From Enterobacter phage vB_EholP_HHH, in the sequence record PQ122694.1: a stretch of 39,582 nucleotides of DNA; one strand, 5' to 3'. Numbering within the stretch: position 1 is the first letter of the stretch; every line of letters begins with the position of its first letter. Below, in pieces: positions 35,901-39,582 of this stretch. Position numbers and translations under genes: made by a program. The notes under the pieces were generated by a model that was not told the DNA's origin, did not search any database, and saw only the letters and a list, made by a program, of their open reading frames with translations.

Positions 35901-36837
35901 GTCTGACATCGTGGAGCATAGCCTGACTGGTAGTAAGCGTAAGTTCGATGACCGCTGGTTGAAGACCGCTGGTATTTCGGACGAGCAGTGGAAGGGCATT
36001 AAGTCCCTCATCCGTGAGTCAGTGACTCGTGGTCCAGACGGGAAGTACACCATCAAGGATAAGAAGGCGTTCAGTCAGGACCCAAGGTCTATGGACCTCT
36101 GGCGTATGGGTGATGCCATCGCTGACGAGACACTGCTCCGTCCGCACAAGCTGAGCAACATGGATGCCAAGGCGTATGGACCTCTGGCGAAGACTGTCTT
36201 GCAGTTTAAGAACTTCGTCATCAAGTCCATCAACGGTCGAACCATGCGTACCTTCTACAACGCCACCAAGAACAACCGAGCGATGGACGCTGCACTGTCA
36301 ACGGTCATGTCTATGGGTATGGCTGGAATGTACTACATGGCTCAGGCGCACATCAAGGCCTACGCTATGCAGGATGGTCGAGACCGTGACTACCTCAAGC
36401 AAGCTCTGGACCCGACGATGATTGGATATGCAGCTCTATCACGTAGTTCACATCTTGGTGGACCACTTGGGGTAGCTAACATTCTTGGTGGTATCGCTGG
36501 GTACGAGGACACTAAGATGCTCCGTTCGTCTATCCTACCTCGTTCGCCTACAGAGAAGCCTGCACGTGCCATCGCGTATGGTGCAGCTACGAGTGACCCT
36601 GTGATGAATGTTGTTGGTAACTTCTTGGAGCAGGTTCCAGCTTTCGGATATGCTGCTAACGTTGGCGCTTCGGCTTACAACTTGGCTGGCTACCTCAAGG
36701 CTGATACCCGTGTCAACGAGCGAGACTACATGACCGGGATGTATAACACGTTCCGTGAACTGGTCCCGAATGACCCGATTACCCAGAAGTTGCTGCTTGG
36801 AACGTTTGAGGAGCAAGGCATCCACATCAAGGACTAA
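32941..36837 (+). CDS. gp16: Internal virion protein C with N-terminal lytic transglycosylase (T7 gp16-like)
   Basis: 1298 aa (T7 gp16 is 1318 aa). N-terminus MATRGIRNNNIGNIR..WEGATG..G.F..F..P..G.RAL..NLM.Y...G is the SLT-type domain of gp16. Confidence 0.9.
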   Translation: MATRGIRNNNIGNIRVSKDRWEGATGDDGSFVTFDTPDSGVRALAKNLMSYGRQGYDSIEKIINRWAPPNENDTQSYINSVVAATGIPATQSIDLTNPDVLASLSEAIGYHETGSRYDPEVYKLGVSRALSGAGGITPKTPPVSANVFDALTEGLKAKPKVALGENLPGVTGMNIEGQEPEAPNESFGEMFYKSTGETLDQRADRSTWFGFGGAAEAEVKNSLVGVAVRAGQTEDSLDVIGDVFNPTRWNNHKWTREELDQIRNAGVLPQYYGVITGGSPQNLTELINLALENQKLDAEKSKSGTGAQLAAGVIGAGVDPLTYVPIAGQVGKGGKLVNKMFTVASQSGALAGVSEMARTSVAGGDAHVAEAILGGALFGGGMTAIADGLGRALGRNTNEFAGPATRLEARETARNVDGQDLSRLPIQEGDQTFSHQGVKFADVPNEPGSVRLEDGSILIGENPLNPKTRQVFDEVIEPERAAAGVNLGGLTEIGLKLLRSENPEIRGLAADLVRSPTGMQSGASGKIGTTASDVFERLRAVDHRFYNDIDDAVTEALKDPYFQTNFNRDTGAFRQDIYQRVALAIEDGSGNLKSELTPGELKVYDLLKNQFDAKREMMENPAMFGRVDAKSIFPGSRFKGTYVPHVYSNQMKQLFIKELGSPEALQEAIKKSWLTSYASRPEVKARVDEALMEADPNLTPEGLAAAVDKYANDKAYGISHTETFERSSVMEENINGLVGLENNNFLEARNLFDSDMSIILPNGQPFSVNSLREWDMDKIVPAYNRRVNGDIAIMAGTGKTTKEMKDAVETLMNRAGDDGKLKGEVSTLRDTLKILTGRARRDGADDAAFSTVMRTMTDLSFFAKNAYMGVQNLTEIGGLLARGNVRAMLHGIPIFRDLAFRSKKMGASEIKELHNVVFGKELDDSIRPSKQDVIDRLRAYSDLSKPVATALGSAKYYTGELAVRSPFTKVLNGTTNYLLDAGRQGFLSDIVEHSLTGSKRKFDDRWLKTAGISDEQWKGIKSLIRESVTRGPDGKYTIKDKKAFSQDPRSMDLWRMGDAIADETLLRPHKLSNMDAKAYGPLAKTVLQFKNFVIKSINGRTMRTFYNATKNNRAMDAALSTVMSMGMAGMYYMAQAHIKAYAMQDGRDRDYLKQALDPTMIGYAALSRSSHLGGPLGVANILGGIAGYEDTKMLRSSILPRSPTEKPARAIAYGAATSDPVMNVVGNFLEQVPAFGYAANVGASAYNLAGYLKADTRVNERDYMTGMYNTFRELVPNDPITQKLLLGTFEEQGIHIKD

Positions 36838-36855
36838 ACTATCACTATAGGAAAC
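36833..36855 (+). promoter_or_regulatory. Phage RNAP promoter (phi17-like)
   Basis: GACTAAACTATCACTATAGGAAA with +1 G at 36850. The gp16 stop lies inside it. Confidence 0.75.
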
Positions 36856-36902
36856 GGGAGGCGCTACCATAGGTCTCCCTTTAATTCATAACAGGAGGCA
36901 TA

Positions 36903-39362
36903 ATGTCCACGATTACACAATTCCCTTCAGGAAACACTCAGTACAGGATTGAGTTCGACTACCTAGCCAGAACGTTTGTTGTTGTTACTCTGGTGAATAG
37001 TTCTAACCCTACCCTGAACCGTGTACTGGAAGTTGGGCGAGATTACCGATTCCTTAACCCAACGATGATTGAGATGTTGGTTGACCAATCAGGTTTCGAC
37101 ATCGTTCGTATTCACCGTCAGACTGGAACTGACTTAGTGGTAGACTTCAGGAATGGCTCAGTGTTGACAGCTAGTGACCTGACCAATGCAGAGCTTCAGG
37201 CTATCCATATTGCAGAAGAAGGTCGAGACCAAACGGTTGACTTAGCGAAGGAATATGCCGATGCTGCTGGTAGCTCTGCTGACAACGCTAAGGATAGCGA
37301 GGACGAAGCACGACGAATCGCTGCTAACATCAAGGAATCTGGTCTAATTGGTTATATTACCCGTCGCTCCTTCGAGCAAGGCTTCAACGTTACAACATGG
37401 AACGAGGTCCTGCTATGGGAAGGGGATGGTGATTATTACCGCTGGGATGGTACGCTTCCAAAGAACGTTCCTGCTGGCTCAACTCCTGAGACTTCCGGTG
37501 GGATTGGCTTAGGTTCGTGGGTTAGTGTGGGTGACGCTGCTCTGAGAAGTGAGCTTGCATCTGAAAAAGGAGCGTTACGCATAGGGAACTTCGCATCCTC
37601 TTCTGGCGTGATTTCAGCAAAACTATATGGTGTTGTTAGTGGAGTTGACTGTGCGCCAATCATTCAGCAATTGCAGGATTTATCTGAACAATTGCGTGTG
37701 CCAGTTGATTTCAGCGGCATTGATGTTGTGACGTTTTCTGGTCGTGTTCAATTCGGTGAATGGACACACTGGAAAGGTGATTCACGTAATAAGACATGGT
37801 TCGTTCCCCTCTCCCTCACTCAGTCAGAGGTAGGGCAAAACGGCTGGGGGACGTGGGCATGGTTTACACGTAAAAACCCAGACGAAAACCTCGATTTCTT
37901 TATGATGGAAAATCTGGCGTTTGATGGTCAGTATCAGGATGGTTATGAGATTAACACCATCGCCCCGACGAAGATGATTATGATGTTTGGTTTGCAGGCG
38001 AATAATTCCACTTGCCGGGATATCACGTTCCTGCGTTGCCATTTCAAAAACTGTCCTCATGAAGGCGTCGACATTTATACGTCTAATGGCGGTCAGTTCG
38101 ACGGCGTGCGTATGCTATTCTGCTCATCAGAAGGCACAGACCCTAGCCTGACATCTGTTGGTTTCAACCTGTTCAACCTGCGAAATGGTCGAGTATCTGC
38201 TCCGGGTCCATACGGTACATACACCATTCGAAATGTAGTCAGTTTTGGTAACGTATCGAAAGGACACCGCACACAGAACAACTTCTGTCGTGGTACTGAA
38301 ATGTGGTCAATAAGCTCATGCCAGACATACGATATGAACGACTGCCACCATTCCACAGATGGTTCGCGTCGTGGTTCTGCACGCGATCTGGTTGGCGTTC
38401 AAACGGGCGCATCTTACAGAACAAAAAATTTCTTCGAATTACAGGGTGAAGAACTGGACGTTGATGATTGTAAATATATCGCTGCGCCTTTTGGGAGCAC
38501 TGCTGGACAGGCTGGGATATTCGTCACTGACTGGAAATATGATTCAGAAACTTCTGCGCCGTATAATCAGTCAAAACACGTAAATGTGCGTAACTTCTAT
38601 GCTGAACGTGTTAACGCTGCTGCCGTCCGGTTAATCAACAACTTCGGTTCTACTGTTGAAAACATCGAGGCAGTAAGCTGTAGCGGTGTGGGTGTGGCCT
38701 TTGAATACGTAGCAGGTCGCAACCTTACTCCGTCATTCAACAAGGTTGGTAAAGTTACAACACAAGGGTGTTCTGGCGAAATTTCGGTTTCCACTACTAA
38801 TGAAGTTATTATGACCGAGAATGGGCAGAATAATGGTGGGGGTTATCGCATAGGTACAGGTGATGCCGTGTTCGTTGACTCGCCACTGCCGTTCAGGTCT
38901 GTGTGTGGGTATCACTTAGTAAACCAAGACCGTACATTAAAAAGCGTAGTATCAACTGGGCCGGATAAAACAGATGCGGCATCAAAGCCTGTTCAGGTGC
39001 CATATGCTTTCACACTGAATGATACTAATACTGCTTCCGTACAATCTTTATCTGTTGGGGTTGTACCGGTTAAAGCTAAATCTGCTGTTTATCTTAAAAT
39101 ATGGGCTTTGGTTGGTTCCGCTTCGTCTTCTGCTGCACTTTTCGTAGAGAAAGACGCTGCGGGTACTACGCTATCAACTATGCCTATCAGACTTTTTGCG
39201 GATACTACATGGAAAGAGAGATTAGCCGTATATCATGTTAAAAACGCTACATGTATCGCGGTCGAGGTGTTATTAGCCCCTGCTTGTGATAGTTCCATGA
39301 CAACCACACTAACAGGTACAACATCATTCGCTGATGTTCGTATAAGCGATTTACCTCTATAA
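36903..39362 (+). CDS. gp17: Tail fibre / tailspike: T7 gp17-like N-terminal anchor fused to beta-helix (depolymerase-like) receptor-binding domain
   Basis: N-terminal ~150 aa match the T7 gp17 adaptor ([17 protein letters not shown].., [31 protein letters not shown]). The remaining ~650 aa are non-T7, with Gly/Asn/Thr/Ser-rich repeats typical of right-handed beta-helix tailspikes. Local GC drops from ~52% to ~43% over that part. Confidence 0.85.
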   Translation: MSTITQFPSGNTQYRIEFDYLARTFVVVTLVNSSNPTLNRVLEVGRDYRFLNPTMIEMLVDQSGFDIVRIHRQTGTDLVVDFRNGSVLTASDLTNAELQAIHIAEEGRDQTVDLAKEYADAAGSSADNAKDSEDEARRIAANIKESGLIGYITRRSFEQGFNVTTWNEVLLWEGDGDYYRWDGTLPKNVPAGSTPETSGGIGLGSWVSVGDAALRSELASEKGALRIGNFASSSGVISAKLYGVVSGVDCAPIIQQLQDLSEQLRVPVDFSGIDVVTFSGRVQFGEWTHWKGDSRNKTWFVPLSLTQSEVGQNGWGTWAWFTRKNPDENLDFFMMENLAFDGQYQDGYEINTIAPTKMIMMFGLQANNSTCRDITFLRCHFKNCPHEGVDIYTSNGGQFDGVRMLFCSSEGTDPSLTSVGFNLFNLRNGRVSAPGPYGTYTIRNVVSFGNVSKGHRTQNNFCRGTEMWSISSCQTYDMNDCHHSTDGSRRGSARDLVGVQTGASYRTKNFFELQGEELDVDDCKYIAAPFGSTAGQAGIFVTDWKYDSETSAPYNQSKHVNVRNFYAERVNAAAVRLINNFGSTVENIEAVSCSGVGVAFEYVAGRNLTPSFNKVGKVTTQGCSGEISVSTTNEVIMTENGQNNGGGYRIGTGDAVFVDSPLPFRSVCGYHLVNQDRTLKSVVSTGPDKTDAASKPVQVPYAFTLNDTNTASVQSLSVGVVPVKAKSAVYLKIWALVGSASSSAALFVEKDAAGTTLSTMPIRLFADTTWKERLAVYHVKNATCIAVEVLLAPACDSSMTTTLTGTTSFADVRISDLPL

Positions 39363-39391
39363 AATTAAGGCTCCCTTTAACTGGAGGTTTT

Positions 39392-39582
39392 ATGATTGAG
39401 TTAGACTTCAAGAATGAGGTCCTTAAAGCCTCTCCTATCGTCGGGACCGCTGCGGCTGATGGTGCCAGTCGGTTCTTCTTTGGACTCACACTGAACGAAT
39501 GGTTCTACGTTGCAGCCATCGCGTACACAGTTGTCCAGATTGGTGTGCTGGTCTACAAAACGATTAAAGGAGGTGGTAAAAC
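39392..39582 (+). CDS. gp17.5: Class II holin (T7 gp17.5-like), truncated by window end
   Basis: MIELDFKNEVLKASPIVGTAAADGASRFFFGLTLNEWFYVAAIAYTVVQIG matches T7 holin (MLSLDFNNELIKAAPIVGTGVADVSARLFFGLSLNEWFYVAAIAYTVVQIG). If joined to window position 1 it ends ..GGGKT with its TGA overlapping the gene 18 ATG. Confidence 0.8.
   Translation, partial: MIELDFKNEVLKASPIVGTAAADGASRFFFGLTLNEWFYVAAIAYTVVQIGVLVYKTIKGGGK

Overview
The window is essentially one complete genome unit of a T7-like podophage (Autographiviridae / Studiervirinae-type organisation). It is written in rotated form, starting at gene 18 and ending inside gene 17.5. All genes that can be supported lie on the + strand in canonical T7 order: gp18, Rz/Rz1-like spanins (18.5/18.7), large terminase (19) and a 19.5-like ORF. 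These are followed by the right and left direct terminal repeats, seen as two perfect tandem 127-bp copies at 3062-3315, and a repetitive non-coding left end. Next come host sigma70 early promoters homologous to T7 A1 and A3, then a ~2 kb early cargo region: a non-Ocr gene at the 0.3 position, a minimal 174-aa 0.7-like protein kinase and several tiny ORFs. After this come the single-subunit RNA polymerase (gene 1), genes 1.1-1.3 (ligase), 1.6, 1.7, gp2, SSB 2.5, endonuclease I, amidase/lysozyme 3.5, primase-helicase 4 and DNA polymerase 5. The block continues with genes 5.5, 5.7, exonuclease 6, 6.5, 6.7, 7, 7.3 and the structural module: portal 8, scaffold 9, capsid 10A (with 10B via a GGTTTTC -1 slip), tail tubular 11/12, internal core 13-16 and tail fibre 17, ending with the holin 17.5. 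Twelve phage-type promoters share the core TAAACTATCACTATAGGRA, which differs from the T7, T3, SP6 and K11 cores as recalled from memory. One of these promoters lies directly upstream of the RNAP gene. Clear homologues of the T7 early terminator (TE, after ligase) and Tphi (after 10B) are present. A ~45-bp structured element recurs three times at positions where T7 carries RNase III sites. Beyond the core, several regions look accessory. These are the early-region small proteins, two ORFs between gene 1 and phi1.1, an insert between genes 3 and 3.5, a 91-aa ORF at the 5.9 position, an ASCH/DUF3850-like gene wedged between tail tubular genes 11 and 12, and a chimeric 819-aa tail fibre. The tail fibre has a T7-like N-terminal anchor fused to a lower-GC beta-helix domain that looks like a depolymerase or tailspike. 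No tRNA, CRISPR array or transposable element was seen. All minus-strand ORFs in the six-frame track are considered spurious.
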